A stretch of DNA of 64,000 bases from Chrysemys picta bellii (taxonomy: Eukaryota): assembly GCF_011386835.1 (NCBI RefSeq), contig NC_088793.1, positions 101,680,001 to 101,744,000 on the forward strand, read 5' to 3'. A model generated the notes under the pieces. The model searched no databases and had not been told where the DNA came from. It saw nothing but the letters and a program-made list of their open reading frames with translations. The translations under genes and the position numbers were made by a program. Positions 12,329 through 24,752 of the stretch are shown piece after piece. Numbering within the stretch: the stretch's first letter is position 1; every line of letters starts with the position of its first letter.

Positions 12329-12869
12329 AAATGTATCTTGTACTGCTAAGTTCTGATTCCAGGTCACCGTCTTCCTCTGTCTGTTTTGTTGTTTTTCCTT
12401 TCAAATAATCTCCCAGGCTTTTATAGCTTTATACTTTGAATCCTAATGAAAATCATGTTGAGTTATTTTTAGTAAATCCATTTATTTTTTTTAAATGTTC
12501 TGATTCAAAGTGTAAGTGCGTATCTTTTTTTTAATGAGTCTGAATAAAAAAGAAAAATTTTGCTTAATTGACTCTTTTGTGTGTTATATAGCATTATTTT
12601 TGTTAAATATAACATTATTATATAGTATTTCTGACAAAATTACAATACATTGCACTATAAACACCAGGTATATTTAGCACTGATTGGGTAATTTTATTTT
12701 GTATTTTTCTGTAACAGACGAAACACAGAAAGGAAGAACCTTGTCTGGATGTGTTGGTGGGCTGAGAACACATCTGTACAGAGCCATGGGACAGACAGAC
12801 AAGTTCTCCCACATACACTGCATACCAAGACCTGGAGCAGCTCCAGTTGGCAAGGTGCTAAGAACCCTA

Positions 12870-13058
12870 GGATGCATTGCACCCACACAGATCCCAATGT
12901 CAGACACATGTCTGTGCAGTGCCAGTGTGGATGTGGCTATATGGGCATGAGGTGTGCATCCCACTGCAGTGTAGATGTTAGCAAACATGCTTGGCAAGCA
13001 CTGGTTCGCTGGTGCAGGTGCCTGGACATGGATACAAAATGCAGTGGAGACATACCCC
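12870..13058. mobile_element. Degenerate Harbinger-type MITE
   Basis: The right end gcagtggagacatacccc is the reverse complement of a GGGTATGTCTACACT-type TIR as seen at 28399. The left TIR is degenerate. Confidence 0.4.
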
Positions 13059-13636
13059 AGGTGTTTACTGAAGGGAAGCTTAACTTGAGACATTCTTTTT
13101 CCTTCCTGCTTATTTTTCCAAACAGCTGCTTTCTTTCCTGATTGTTTTACCCTGTATTAAACTAAACCAATACATTAATACACTAAACATCCCAATAGCC
13201 AAAAGTAATATAAATTATTCATAAATTATTACAGAGTAGTTCTATATCTAGCCTAGTTGTTTCTATGGAAATTTACAAACACTGGAATTTTTCTTTTTTC
13301 AGAGTCTCCTTTCAAACTCTGGGTTATTTAGAACAGTGGGTGTTTTTATGGGTATTAGATGACTCAGGAGATTGGTAATAGGATCATGTCTATTTTGGAT
13401 TTTTCTAATGTGCTGGCCATCATGGTATCTAGGTTCCAAATGCACAAGCTATGTATTATTTCAAATTATGCAAAGTCTCCTCAATTCTAAAATGAGATTG
13501 TACAAAAAGACAATCCAGTAGTTAAGACACTCTAGTGGGACTCAAGAAGATTGGATTCAAGTTCTTCCTCTGTACACAGACTTCATTTCTACGGATTTCA
13601 TTTCCCTGTCAGTAAATATGGGGATAACATTACTTC

Positions 13637-13854
13637 CAGGGCCGGTTCCAGGCATCAGCCTGGCAAGCAGGTGCTTGGGGCAGCCGCTCCGGAGAGTGGT
13701 GGCACGTCCAGGTATTCGGCGGCAATTTGGCGGACGGTCCCTCACTCCCGCTCGGAGCGAAGGACCTCCCACCGAATTGTCGCTGCAGATCGTGATCGCA
13801 GCTTTTTTTTTATTTTTGCTGCTTGGGGTGGCCAAAATCCTGGAACCGGCCTTG
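13637..13854. mobile_element. hAT-type MITE (CAGGGCCGGCTCCAG family)
   Basis: TIRs CAGGGCCGGTTCCAGG / CCTGGAACCGGCCTTG and a perfect 8-bp TSD ATTACTTC. Confidence 0.9.
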
Positions 13855-14119
13855 ATTACTTCCCTGTCTCTTTGGAACAAGGTAATAAATGTGCGTGTCC
13901 CAGGGGTCGCCAGAGTTGTGAGGCATCTCACTTCTATCAGTCTTTAACATGAGGTAGTCTTGTCTGTATCTGCTGTAGGCCCACTCCCTGACTCCAGCAG
14001 CCTCTGGCAATACAAGCACTACCTTGAATCCAGGCCTTTGCAGGCCTCACTCTCTCTACACAGGTTAGCAATAAGCACACACCAACCCTATCCTTTGGGC
14101 ATCTCTCTGGGGTGTCCAG

Positions 14120-14668
14120 TAGGGTTACCATACGTCTGGATTTTCCCGGACATGTCCGGCTTTTTGGTCATCAAATCCCCATCCAGGGGGAAATTCCAAA
14201 AAACCGGACATGTCCAGGAAAATAGGGAGGGGTCATGGGGCTTGGCTCCGCGCTGGGGCCGGAGCCACTGGGGCCGGTGGTGCTTGGCCGCCGGCCGGCC
14301 GGCGCCGCTTGGCCGGAGCTCGGGCCGGTGCTGGGGCCGGGGCCAGACGGGCTGGTGACCCGGGGCCCGAGCCGAGCTGGAGTCGCCGGGGCCGGAGATG
14401 CTCAGCTGGTGCCCTGGGCCGGAGCCACTCGGCTGGGGCCGGTGCCCGTGCCCCGGGGCCCGAGTTGAGCTGGAGCCGCCAGGGCTGGGGCGGGCCGAAG
14501 CCGCTCGGCCGGAATCAGGGCCGGTGCCCCGGGGCCCGAGACGAGCCGGGCTGGAGCCACCGGGGCCGGAGCCGCTCGGCCGGGGCCGGTGCCTGTTTCC
14601 CGGGGCCCGAGCCAACCTGGAGCCACCGGGACCGGGGCGGGCCGGGGCCGGTGCGCTCCGCCGGGGCT
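14120..14668. mobile_element. Truncated non-autonomous hAT-type element (TAGGGTTACCA family)
   Basis: One TIR TAGGGTTACCA, with a subterminal region matching the reverse complement of the right end of 56465-57300. GC-rich tandem core; second end missing. Confidence 0.8.
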
Positions 14669-14788
14669 CTTTTGCAGCACATACAACTTAATAATGATTT
14701 TTACACCTTGTTGTCATCTTAGTGTCCCCATCCTTCACCACAGGGATTTTTTTTACTTAGGAACATCAGTGAGCCTGCTTCAGACCTT

Positions 14789-14990
14789 GGGCTTGTCTAC
14801 ACTAGAAACTTGAATAGGCGAAACTGTACCAATGATATAAACGGATTTTTTGTTCATAATGTTTCCCAGATGTACTTAAATTTGATTCAGTTCTATGCTT
14901 CATTGTGGCCCACTGTACACCGCTCCGGTCACTCGGACTTCGTGTCCAATGCGTTCTTTTGCTTATTTGATTGCTAAGTTTGATGCTCAC
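14789..14990. mobile_element. Possible Harbinger-type non-autonomous fragment
   Basis: Begins GGGCTTGTCTACACTAG, the same TIR type as the Harbinger element at 28399. Right end not identified. Confidence 0.35.
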
Positions 14991-15315
14991 ACTATAGGCA
15001 ATCTCCAGGTGTGTGATGGGGGTAATGTTTTTATTTTCTACTGATGGATGGAGTGGACAGGAGGATGAGGATAGAGTTTTTGATTTCTGTCCAAGGCAAG
15101 AGAAAGACTCAATCTAGCATGGCAGCTTGCCTAATGTACTTGGGTTTGATATACTATCAGTACTTCTTCCAGTGGAGAATTCAAAGAAGTTGATGTCACC
15201 TCCCAGATGACCCCATCATGTGATTTTTTTTCTCTCCCCTGTTGCTGGGGTAAAAGTGTAAGATTTATTCAATCCCCTCTCAAACCAGTTAACTGTGATT
15301 CTTGCTGGTTGGAGG

Positions 15316-15567
15316 AAGGACCGGCTCCGGGGTTTTTGCCACCCCAAGCGGTGGGGAAAAAAAAAAGCCGCGAACAATTGCGATCAGCAGCACTCCGGGC
15401 AGCAGCTCCACCGCGCTGCTTTCTTCTTTGGCGGGAATTCGGCAGCAAGTGCTTCCCTCCAAGAAGGACCCGCCGCTGAATTGCCGCCGAACAGCCCGAC
15501 GTGCCACCCCTTCCCCTTGGTCACCCCAAGCACCTGCTTACTGAGCTGGTGCCTGGAGCCGGCCCTG
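15316..15567. mobile_element. hAT-type MITE (CAGGGCCGGCTCCAG family), inverted relative to 6361
   Basis: TIRs present and a perfect 8-bp TSD GTTGGAGG (15308-15315, 15568-15575). Confidence 0.9.
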
Positions 15568-17537
15568 GTTGGAGGAAATAATTCCTGCACTGTTAGTTTT
15601 TCTTCTTTTCCTGGAATTAGAGTGGCTTGTTACTTCAGCAGTTTCCAAAATAAAACTGAAGGAACAACAGATGGTGAATAAATGAAGTGAAGTTGAATGT
15701 CAGTGTCGATAGAAGTAGTGAGTATCATAGATGCACTGATTGAGAAAAACAATTACACACATTCTTAAGTGCATCTCTATTCAGGACAGCCCATAAACAT
15801 GTGCTTTAGGGCTGTCTTGAATATGATTGTTTTCCTGAATTGGGGACAGAGATTGTGGACTTCTTAGATTAATAAAAATGGCATGCATTGTGAAATATTC
15901 AGATGCTGGGAATGTACTTAGTGCGATAGCCCAGTGACCTACCCCAGTTGTACCTTGGTTGGAAAGTTCATTAGGCAAACTGTATTCTTGTCATGCAAAA
16001 ATGTTTACTAATATGAAACTCTGTTGGGGGCAAAACATTATGTTATTTGGCTTTGTTTTGTTAAATATGCTGATTATAGTATTCAAGCAACTAAGTAATT
16101 CAGTTCCTACTTTATACTGTACTGATTTCATATGTAACGCTTGCTAGTGTGAACCCCTTTTGTTGTATTTCTACATATAAGCCCTCATTTGTTAAGTCAA
16201 TTAAAAGCTTCCTATTGACTTCAGTGTGTTTCGCATCTGGTTCACACTGATTATCTTACTGTTAGCTATATGCAAGCTGTTCTTTAACTGTAACTGTACA
16301 ATCATACACCACACTTTGTACTTTACCTTGTTTGTGATGCAAAAACATATGTACAATCTGACTGACGTGCAGTGATTTTAAAAAAAACAACTATGCTACA
16401 GACCAGTTTTCATATCTAACAATACGTTTATATACAAATAAATAACCAGTAGAAAACACGTAGAAAAAATACTTAAGTAAGTATTTAGTTACTCTTTTAT
16501 TTTATAAAGAGATTTTACTATGTTTTTTTAAAAAGGACATTTTCTGGTAAGCACATTCATAGGAGCCTAGAGATGTGACAAGATAATTCCCATAGGTCTG
16601 GTTAGAAAGCTGTAATGCAGAACTTGCAGCAGACCAGATGTCTCAACTTTTTCTGACCCTTTTATTAACATTTACACTGTAAAAGCATATAATCATAGCC
16701 AGAAAAAAACTGAAAGTATAGACTGAGGCCACATTCAGCAAGATACTTAAGCATACACCTAACTTTAAGCAGGTAAACAGTCTCATTGACTTCTTTGGGA
16801 CTAATCATGTGCTTAAAATTGGGAATGTGCTCAAGGACCTTGCTAAATCAGGGCCTAAAATGTTGCTTAAGAACATGACAATTATGTGTGATTACAAGGT
16901 AACCTATACACTATCATGGTTTTTTTTTTAATATATTGCTGATTTTATATCACATGCCACACAGAAAAATGATGATTAACTTGGTGATGAGAGAAGAGGA
17001 AACAATTTACCTTTGCTTTTAATCAAACAGCATTTTTCTCATTCAGGAACATGGGGGAAGGAGGGATGCAAAAACCATTCTATTTCAGAACCAGATTGGT
17101 ATCCTCACAGTAGGGTGGTTATGTTATTCTGCACAAACTGACAATATTACTGCTTTAAAAGTTTAATAACACCATAACAAAAACAAAAGGCATTGACAAT
17201 TTATATGCAGATACGATCGTTCTGGAAGCTAAGTGACAAGTATGTCTAATATGTGAAACCCAAGTCAGAGTCTGCACGATCTAGCTGCTTTGAGAAAGAT
17301 GGACACTGAGTTGAATAATGCCAGCTCATGGAATGTTCCAAAAACCATTATGAGAACTGCTTTGATGATTTGTAGTTCACTATTTTTCTGTTGTTGTCTT
17401 TCAGGATTTCGGTTCAGATTTTCAAAGCTGCCTAAATAAAATTGACAGGAATTGGGCCTCCCAACTCTGTTGGTTGCTTTGAAAAGCTCATCTTTCCATT
17501 GGGCAGAAATAATCTGTCAGTATCCTATCCCAGAGTT

Positions 17538-17543
17538 TTTATT
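17538..17543 (-). terminator. Candidate polyadenylation signal of TAAR5
   Basis: AATAAA on the - strand about 135 nt after the stop, retained in the pseudogene flank. Confidence 0.4.
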
Positions 17544-17677
17544 TCTTATCATGTTCTCAGTATTGCTTTTCATTACTTACCACTTTAATACATAACTAAA
17601 AGGAAAGGGTCTCCTCCTTGAGGCCATATTTATGGTTGTGAGCTATTTTCACATACAGCGTTATCTAAAAGTTCTGG

Positions 17678-18703
17678 TCATTCCTGGTACAAGTCTACGG
17701 TAGATGTCCCAGAACCAAACATGTTGCGAGTTAAAATTAGTTTCACTGCCTTCCTGAACCAACGGTAGGAAAACACATAAATCAAGGGATTGCAGGCTGA
17801 ATTAAAGTAAGCAAACCAGATTAGGATATCAAAGAGAACCGGTGGGGTAATGAAATTTAGAAGACAGTCTACCAGAGTGTCTATAGTAAAGGGCAGCCAG
17901 CACAGGAGGTAGATTCCTACAGCTATACCGAGTGTTTTAGCTGCCTTTCTTTCCCTCTTTGATGCTCCTAAGTGTAGTCCAGATCCAGCACTCATGCTGC
18001 TTATCTGTCTAGCTTGTCTGTTTGCCACAATAAATATTTTCACATACAAAGTTATCGTTATGAGGCAAGGGAAGAAAAAGAGAGGGAAGTTCAACCAGCC
18101 CCAAAGTTTGTTGAACAGCAGCTGACATCTACCAACACAGGGCATGTCTTGTAAGAAATGGCCCAACCCTTCTTCAATTGCATCGGTATAGAGCAAGACA
18201 AAAGTATAAATCATGGGTACTCCCCACCCTATCACTATATATATGCATGCCACTCTTATAGTAAACTTAGTGGGGTAGAGCAAAGGATCACAGATAGCAT
18301 AGTGACGATCAATGGAAATAAAACACAGATGAAATATGGAGGTCAAACAAAAGACAGTGTCCAGAAAGGTATGCAGCCTACAAAAGTCATCTCCAAAATA
18401 CCAGCAGCTCTCCACAGATCGGATTGTGCTGAAGGGCAGCACCGTTATCCCCAGGAGGAGATCTGCAAGGGCCAGGGAGAGTAGTAAGAAGTTGGTGGGG
18501 GTATGTAGGGTATTGAAGTGGGAGACTGCAATTACCACCATCAGGTTCCCCAGTACTGTGAGCAGCATGCCCATGGCACAGGCCATGTAGATGGCCAGCT
18601 GGACGCCAAAGGAATGAAGCGTTCTGGAGCAGGAACCATTCACTTCATAGCACAGTGGAGTGGACACCACTTCATTAGCACCGGGCTTCTGGACAGAGTT
18701 CAT
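17678..18703 (-). CDS. TAAR5: Trace amine-associated receptor 5
   Basis: Intact 341-aa single-exon ORF with TAAR5-typical segments: CYEVNGSCSRTLH, LHTPTNFLLLSLALAD, CRLHTFLDTVFC (Asp3.32 present), FNKLWGWLNFPLFFFPC and IWFAYFNSACNPLIY. Confidence 0.95.
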   Translation of the reverse strand: MNSVQKPGANEVVSTPLCYEVNGSCSRTLHSFGVQLAIYMACAMGMLLTVLGNLMVVIAVSHFNTLHTPTNFLLLSLALADLLLGITVLPFSTIRSVESCWYFGDDFCRLHTFLDTVFCLTSIFHLCFISIDRHYAICDPLLYPTKFTIRVACIYIVIGWGVPMIYTFVLLYTDAIEEGLGHFLQDMPCVGRCQLLFNKLWGWLNFPLFFFPCLITITLYVKIFIVANRQARQISSMSAGSGLHLGASKRERKAAKTLGIAVGIYLLCWLPFTIDTLVDCLLNFITPPVLFDILIWFAYFNSACNPLIYVFSYRWFRKAVKLILTRNMFGSGTSTVDLYQE

Positions 18704-18794
18704 TTCTTCCTTACCAGCTGTCTACACCTTCTCCAGCTCTTCCACACTTCCAATAAATGACTCAGCTTTTAATGGGGATCCAGACACTTTATCT

Positions 18795-19909
18795 TCTATG
18801 TGAAAAAGAATAAAAAATAAGGTAGGAGGTAAAGAAAACCAGATGTTCATGAATACATTGGAGAGTTTCTATCTTTCAAATGAAAAAGGCCAGTTCTTTG
18901 ATGAATTTTCCTATAACTTTTTAAGGCGTAGTTTTTCATATATATTTTCCATTTACTTTCTCAGTCAAAAACATTTATTTATGCAACTGCTTGGAATAAA
19001 TGAAGGAAATATAGCAAATTAAACCAAAAGGGAGATTGAGTAAACATTCTGTCATGGAAGTATATTGAGTACAATTCTCTGGAAGCTGGGGTGTGTGAAA
19101 AGGTCTTTATAGCTGACCCTATATAATATGTGAATTTCCACCAGCAGTGATGTTTTCCTTCAATTAATTTTTTGAGAAGTTTGCAATCAGTAATGAAAAT
19201 AATTATTTTTATTGTGAGACTGACTAGAAACTGTGTTTGTTTCTTATGGACAAATTATCTTTTCTTACAAAAAAGCCATGCCATATTGCAGATGGAAAAT
19301 ACAAAAGGGCAAATTGCTCATTTTTGTATACTTCCAGTTACAGAGATGAATCTAGAAAACCAGTATAAGACTGAAAATTCCACATTCAACTAACCAATTG
19401 TAATGACTAGCAGACTTCCTAAAACACTATCGCTTCTTTTCTCCCATGTCGTTGCTATGTAACTCCTTATTCAACAGGAAAATTAACCATAATAAATATA
19501 GACGTACACATGAGAATTTTCAATGAGTATTTTTAACGAATCAAATAATTAACCAATATGATTTTAAACACATATTAATTATGTTCCTTGAAAGTTACAT
19601 TTAGACAGATGTACTTAAGTATATATTTTCCTTTATTTTATTTCATTTTTTAATAATCACTAAGTTTGCAGCCAGAATTAGTGAAGGAAGTTAATTTCTG
19701 AACAAACACACACACAATGATGCTGGATCTCTCTTAACTGAAATAAAATATAATTATAAAACTATGCTTATAAATCAGTGGTACTTACAGTAAAATAGAA
19801 TCACCTATTGTTGTCTCATGTGATCTATATTACAGTGAGTGGATCCCTCTTCTAATGATGTATCCATTGGCATATCTGGGAGAGGTGAGATTAATCAACT
19901 CTTTATATA
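18795..19909 (-). promoter_or_regulatory. Candidate TAAR5 TATA box, non-coding exon 1 and 5'-UTR intron
   Basis: On the - strand: TATATAAAG at 19909-19901, donor ACT|GTAAGT at 19788, and a polypyrimidine tract with acceptor ttctttttcacatag| at 18796. Confidence 0.45.
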
Positions 19910-19989
19910 ATCCAGATGGAGAGATGGGTCCCTCAGATGAATAGCATGCCTGAGGGAATGCACAAAGCATTATTTGTACAACAGAACGT

Positions 19990-20660
19990 CACTTGTTTTA
20001 AAGAACAATGAGTCTTAAACACACTCATGCTCACTTGCCCATAGAATCTATCAACCCCTTTCAGAGGATGCCCATTAACCTCATTGCCTATGGCTTTCAC
20101 TTGGAAGGGTTCTAGTAGCTCACGACCATGTCTTCTTGTAACATCTCTCCATCCCCACTCATTCCTGCAGATTCCAGCCCTCCTTTGACTTTTCCTCCAC
20201 CACATGGTAATAGGCTCCCAATGTCCATCCCTTTTACCGCAAAAACCAAGCAAGAAATCACAACGCCCCATGATCTTCCATATTTCATTGTGAGAGCCTG
20301 TCCTGCCCCCAATCCCACAAGAAGTTCCTGACTAACTAAGATTTTCTCATCACCCAGAAAAGGTGATTATTACAACCTTCCCTCCCAATAGACTTGCTGT
20401 GAATTTTAAAACAGGCTCCTGGCTCCCAGATTAAACCCTTCATAGCCACAAATCCCTCCCTCCTTTTTTGATCTCAAATTCATGACCCTCTGACTACCCA
20501 TAAATCTTTTACAGACTCCCTGAAAATATTCTTTCTCACCTGGACTCTCCTCACAATATCTGCTGCCTTGACCTGCAGCTCTAGGTTCTTTATGTGCTCC
20601 CTAAACAAGATCTTTGCCCTTTGCCACACTTCCTCCCTACTTCTGGTCCCCTCGCTAACG
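19990..20660 (-). mobile_element. Degraded CR1-like ORF1 fragment
   Basis: The minus strand gives FREHIKNLELQVKAAD (coiled-coil-like), WRDVTRRHGR and NGHPLKGVDRFY, which resemble the CR1 ORF1 coiled-coil and esterase segments. Confidence 0.4.
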
Positions 20661-20700
20661 TGCCTTCAGTTGCCCATGGCCTTTCCTCACCAGAATCCAT

Positions 20701-21800
20701 TGTGACCAGCGTCCCAGGGGAGCCAACTGAGGTCACTCAATTAGTTTGAAGTGCAAATAATGGGGCAGACAATCCCCAAAGCTGGTGGATATTCCAATAT
20801 TTAGATTTACCAAGCCAGCACAAAACAGCCTCTATAATACCTCACTGATTACCCAGAAGCCAACAACACAGTTCCCTTAAAGCGACCCAGCCTCAGGCCT
20901 CCACCCAGACACCCAAGTCAAATATGATGAGGATCACTGAAAATCTTCATAAAAAAGTTCTATCAATCCCAAAGGATCGGACACATTACCTCCCAGGTTA
21001 AATGAATATTCCAGATTTTGCCCAAATACATGCTTACAGCCAATTCTTATGAACTAAACTAAAATTTATTAAAAAAGAAAAGAGCGTATTGGTTAAAAGA
21101 TCAGTATATATACAGACATGAGTACAATTCTTGAGATTCAGATTCATAGCAGAGATGGTGAGCTTTGTAGATTCAAAGAGTTCTTTCAGAATTAGTTCAT
21201 AGGTTATAGTCCAATGTTTATATTCAGGGTTGTCCAGTCAAGACTGGGATCTCAGACTTGTGGCTTAAGCTTCCCCTTCATGAAGCACCAAGCAGACCTG
21301 AGATAAAAAGGATTGGGACCCAAACATCTTTATACAGTTTCAGGCCTTCTTGTGACAGTTCAGAGTTCTTCGTTGAACAATAGGCAATAATGGGGACTTT
21401 TGAAGTAGATTCATTTCCTAAGCGTTGCCAGTAATTAATTACATGGATTTACATAAGGCAATTTATCCATTAGGCAGTCTATCACAAACTTTAACTGACA
21501 TATAGACAATGACATTATTTCACCCAAGATTCATGTAAATGTTAATATTCCCTGTTGATCTCTGAATCAATAGCTATAGTGACAGACAGGAAGTGTCTGT
21601 TTATGACTAGCATTTAAGATATAAGTAAACACTCACAATTAGTATCATCTCTAATTCTCTAACAATACAGGTTTGCACTTCAAAGTTCTAGCCTATCTAC
21701 CATGGAATGGCCCTAATTACCATTTCTAACATGTCTCTACAGGTTGACCCTGGGTCAGTTAGCCTGCAGGATGCTTAACCCTTTCTGGCCATGTGTCACA
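20701..21800 (-). mobile_element. Probable solo LTR, about 1.1 kb
   Basis: TGTGAC...GTCACA termini and AATAAA on the - strand near 21066. No TSD recovered. Confidence 0.6.
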
Positions 21801-22383
21801 CTCTGTATAAGATTCGTTGCAATTATATAACAGTGGTAGCAATAATAATTTGCATGGTTATATTTTAATTAGACAACATCACACTCCCATTTCCCACTCC
21901 CTTGATGTTGTCTTGCCTCTCATTCCCTCGGCTTCTGCCAAGTGTTTTCCAAATGCACCGTGTAGCAGAGCAAACAAAAATGCGAAAGAAAGTGTGGAGG
22001 TCCCACAGAGAGATTGCCATGGTAAAAGTGGGAGGCACACCTTTTATATGGATCTTTAAGAGGGGATTATGCTGAAGTTGGAGCCAGTTCTTATCTTTCT
22101 AAACTGGTACACACCCCATGGCAGATCTCAAGAATTGATACTAGGTCCTCTACCTTGAGTGGAAAAAAACTTCCCAAAAACTTTCTTCATACAGACTATA
22201 AGGGCAAGGCCTTGGACAATTTTTCCAATGGCATTTGAAGTTTTCCATTTGTGTTTTTGCAACATGAAAATTTCTGCCCTATATAAAAAAATTCATAATG
22301 AAAAAATGGTGATTTTTTTCATAGCTTTACCAACTGCCAGAGAAAAAGGTTGCTGCCATGTCAATTCCAAACACTGGACATAT

Positions 22384-22387
<4 letters not shown>

Positions 22388-22420
<33 letters not shown>
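22388..22420. repeat. (AG)n microsatellite
   Basis: Direct reading of the sequence. Confidence 0.95.
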
Positions 22421-22424
<4 letters not shown>

Positions 22425-22639
22425 GTTTAGAATATCAATAGCTCATCAGATTACTAATATAGTATCTATCTGTCTTTGTTGTTTCATCATCTTCACTATC
22501 TTCATATTCTTCTACGTTTTAATATAAAATGAATTCAAGGTCTCTTTCCAATTCCAAGTATGAATGTATCTACATCAGAATAATAATCCTCTCTATCTAA
22601 GTATATATCTATCTGTAGGGACAACGGCATGGGCAGTTA

Positions 22640-23666
22640 TGTCTAATGGTTAGTCAGGCATCTGGCAACTTGATCAGAGTCAGATGCGAACCCAAAGGTC
22701 AGATCCAGAGATGGGTCAGGAGTCAAACCAAAGGTCAGAACTGGAGTCAGAGTGAGGACTCAAGCCAGGGATTGAAGTCAGAGTCAGTGTCAGGGTAAGA
22801 TGTAGAAGCAGGAATGGTGAGCAAGGCAGGAAAGAAAGAACCAGGAACAGATGGGGGAATGGGTTAAGAAGGGCAAGAACCATAACCAGGGTGGACAGCA
22901 GGGCTTAGGAATCAGGCAAGTATACAGAGTCCATACAGCAGCCATCCAGGGATTCACCTAGTTTCTCAGACAACTTCCTGGGCCTATTTATGGTTTACAT
23001 AGTGCGAGCCAGTCAATCAGTGGGGCTGGATGACTCCCCCAATAATGAGTTTTGTGGATAAGGCCTTTGTGAGCTAGAGCTTGGCCGGACTTCTTCTCCA
23101 CTGGTTCAGATGAGCTGCTGGATGGCGGCCATGGTCTGAACACCGGGGTTTGAGGCTTGCAAACTCTTACATCACCCCCCTCCTCTTCAAATATGTGGGT
23201 AGTGGTCTGGGCTTTCCATAGTGTTTTTTTGTGGAAAGCATTTACCAGGTGAGGAGCCTGGACTTTCTTGCCTGTTCCCAGAAGCACTCTTCAGGACTGT
23301 AGCCTTCCCAATCTACCAGGGTGGTGGTTGGAAGTTGTGAGGGAATGTGGGGCTTCAGAAACAGGCAGGAAGGCAGGGCTTAGGAGTCAGGCAAGTAGGC
23401 AGTGTGCATAATATGAGCCAGCCAGGGAATCATCTAGTTGCTTAGACAGCTTCCTGTGCCTCTTTCTGGTTTAAGTATTGCTTCCCAGCCAATCAGAGGG
23501 GCTAGATGATTCCCCCAGTTTAGAAGCATTGTGGGTGGGGATTTTGTGAGCTAGAGCTTGGCTGGCCCTCTTCTCAACTGCTTTGGTAAGCTGGTAGGTG
23601 GTGACCATAATTTGCATACTGGCTGGGGGCCCATGGGCCTGGTTTTGTGGCTCGCAATCCCTCACA
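22640..23666 (-). mobile_element. Internally deleted chromoviral Gypsy element (LTR, chromodomain, PPT, LTR)
   Basis: Two related LTR segments (about 22900-23171 and 23370-23666). Between them the - strand encodes LVDWEGYSPEECFWE / VQAPHLVNAFHKK, followed by the PPT GAAGAGGAGGGGGG (23188-23175) and an LTR starting TGTAAG at 23171. Confidence 0.7.
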
Positions 23667-23879
23667 TTATCTATCTATGATATTTCTAAAGTTTTCATCA
23701 CCATTGTATTTAGGTAGCAAATATCAAAACTATAGACAGGTCTTAACTGTCCAAAGCAACTTCAATTGTCCACTTCACCATTATACATTTGGGTTTTTCT
23801 CTCCCCCCCCCCCTTTTATTTCTTTCTCTTTCTGCTTCCCAGCCATGTGACAAGAAATCATCTAATCAATGAGAGACGG

Positions 23880-24752
23880 TGTCAGGGTTCCCTCCCCACT
23901 CTGAACTCTGGGGTACAGATTTGGGGACCCGCATGAAAGACCCCCTACGCCTGTTTCTACCAGCTTAGGTTAATACTTCCCAAGGCACAATCCTTTCCTT
24001 GTTTTTGGACAATATTGCTGCCACCACCAAGTGATTTCAACAAAAATCCAGGAAAAGGGGCCACTTGGAGTCCCCGTTTCCCCAAAATATTCTCCCAAGC
24101 TCCTTGACCCCCTTTCCTGGGGAGGCTTGAGAATAATATACTAACCAGTAGGTTACAAAGTGAGCACAGACAAAACCCCTTGTTTTTTAGGACACTGGAA
24201 ATCAATCAGGTTCTTAAAAGAAGAATTTTATTTAAAAAAAAAGTAAAAGAATCACACCTGCAAAATCAGAATGGAAGGTAACTTTACAGGGTAAATAAAA
24301 AGATTAAAAACACAGAGGATTCCCCTCTAGGCTTAGCTTCAAAGTTACAAAAATAAACAAAACAAAACAGGAATAAAACTCCCTCTTAGCATAGAGAAAA
24401 TTCATAAACTAAACCAAAAGATAATCTAATGCATTTCCTTGCCTTTACTTACAATTTCTGTAATTTTAGATATATCATTTCAGGTATCTTTTCAAGAGAT
24501 GGTCTATCTGCTTGGTCTCTCTCGCTAGTCAGAGAGGGAACAAACAAAGAGAGCACAAACAAAACCTCTGCCCCGTCCCCCCCAGATTTGAAAGTATCTT
24601 TTTTCCTTATTGGCCCTTTTGGTCAGGTACCAACCAGGTTATTTGAGCTTCTTAACCCCTTACAGGTAAAGTGATTCTGTAACTCTGCTAAGAGGGATTT
24701 TATGTTACTGCATTACATAAAGGTTGTTTCCCTTCCCTTTATATTTATGACA
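23880..24752. mobile_element. Solo LTR, about 0.87 kb
   Basis: TGTCAG...ATGACA termini and a near-perfect 5-bp TSD GACGG/GAAGG. Confidence 0.7.

Noticed and set aside
16335-16342. TGATGCAA (reverse complement TTGCATCA), a motif I recall from mouse TAAR enhancers; another copy at 52972
   Set aside because: These are isolated single 8-mers rather than a cluster, and one lies inside TE-derived DNA.
18158-18760. + strand ORFs overlapping TAAR5 (likewise 33142-34089, 43724-44680, 51149-51755 and 61154-61669)
   Set aside because: These are antisense shadows of GPCR coding sequence. They recur only because the genes are duplicated and have no independent motifs.
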